64,000 bases of DNA, from NCBI RefSeq assembly GCF_006345805.1, contig NC_043001.1, positions 22,072,001 to 22,136,000 on the forward strand, read 5' to 3'. Within the stretch, counting starts at the first letter, position 1; each line of letters opens with the position of its first letter. This stretch comes from Octopus sinensis (Eukaryota). Below, piece after piece: positions 63,276-64,000 of the stretch. The position numbers and the translations under genes were made by a program. Under the pieces are notes generated by a model. That model made no database searches. It saw only the letters and a list, made by a program, of their open reading frames with translations, and was not told the DNA's origin.

Positions 63276-64000
63276 CACAGGAAAAAGTAATAGCAGATTG
63301 AAAACTAACAGAAGTCAACATTTTATGTAAATTTTTTTATACAGGATATTTTAAAAATTATGGTCTAAATTATGAAATAAATTTCCACAAATTAGTGCGA
63401 CAAAGTATTTAGCAAATATAAAAATGCTATAAACTGAAGGGCAGCTACTAAAACAGTTCCGTCTAAACTAGTTTTCAATCTGGTATTGCTTTGATCTGTC
63501 TATTAGAAAAATTCTTTTTTTTAAAATTTATTTTAATAACAGCAGGTGCACGAGTGGCTGTGTGGTAAGTAGCTTGCTTACCAACCACATGGTTCCGGGT
63601 TCAGTCCCACTGCGTGGCACCTTGGGCAAGTGTCTTCTACTATAGCCTTGGGCTGACCAAAGCCTTGTGAGTGGATTTGGTAGACAGAAACTGAAAGAAG
63701 CCCATTGTATATGTATATATATATATGTATGTATGTTTGTGTGTCTGTTTGTCCCCCCCCCCCCAACATCGCTTGACAACTGATGCTGGTGTTTTTACGT
63801 GCCCGTAATTTAGCGGTTCGGCAAAAAGAGACCGATAGAATAAGTACTAGGCTTACAAAGAATAAGTCCTGGGGTCGATTTGCTCGACTAAAGGTGGTGC
63901 TCCAGCATGGCCGCAGTCAAATGACTGAAACAAGTAAAAATAGTAATAGTAGCATGGCTTTGCGGATTCAGTCCCACTGCATGACACCTTGGACAAGCAT

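Overview
Eukaryotic, AT-rich, repeat-dense DNA. The SINE/LINE repertoire looks like an octopod cephalopod (Octopus-like); this is inferred from repeat style, not a database hit. Two convergent intron-rich genes are present. On +, the last two coding exons of an actin-related BAF53/ARP4 gene (ACTL6A-like) lie at 3675-3761 and 10929-11009. On -, five coding exons of a 6-Cys tetraspanin (TM3 to stop, 195 aa) lie at 50484-50410, 39736-39632, 29040-28864, 23115-23032 and 21924-21778; its TM1/TM2 exons were not found and are probably outside the window. Between the two stops is a TE-poor ~10 kb stretch that may be a very long tetraspanin 3' UTR. The introns hold a Ty3/gypsy gag-protease relic, a near full-length RTE LINE lacking its catalytic YADD, ~20 copies of that LINE's 3' UTR, four tRNA-derived SINE families, CR1/L2-type fragments, an RLE-type (HERO-like) retroelement relic, mariner and maT-like transposons, a Helitron, piggyBac-like MITEs, a 4.4 kb 26-bp minisatellite and a 2.8 kb GTGACA/(GA)n array. 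Nearly all long ORFs in the supplied track are repeat artefacts. No new protein-coding system is evident. The most unusual items are RNA/TE-level: a tRNA-Glu/RTE-tail chimera, a minisatellite apparently born from the LINE 3' UTR, fold-back structures and an AGAA target bias of one SINE family. Repeat boundaries are approximate (tens of bp); exon boundaries were counted to the base.
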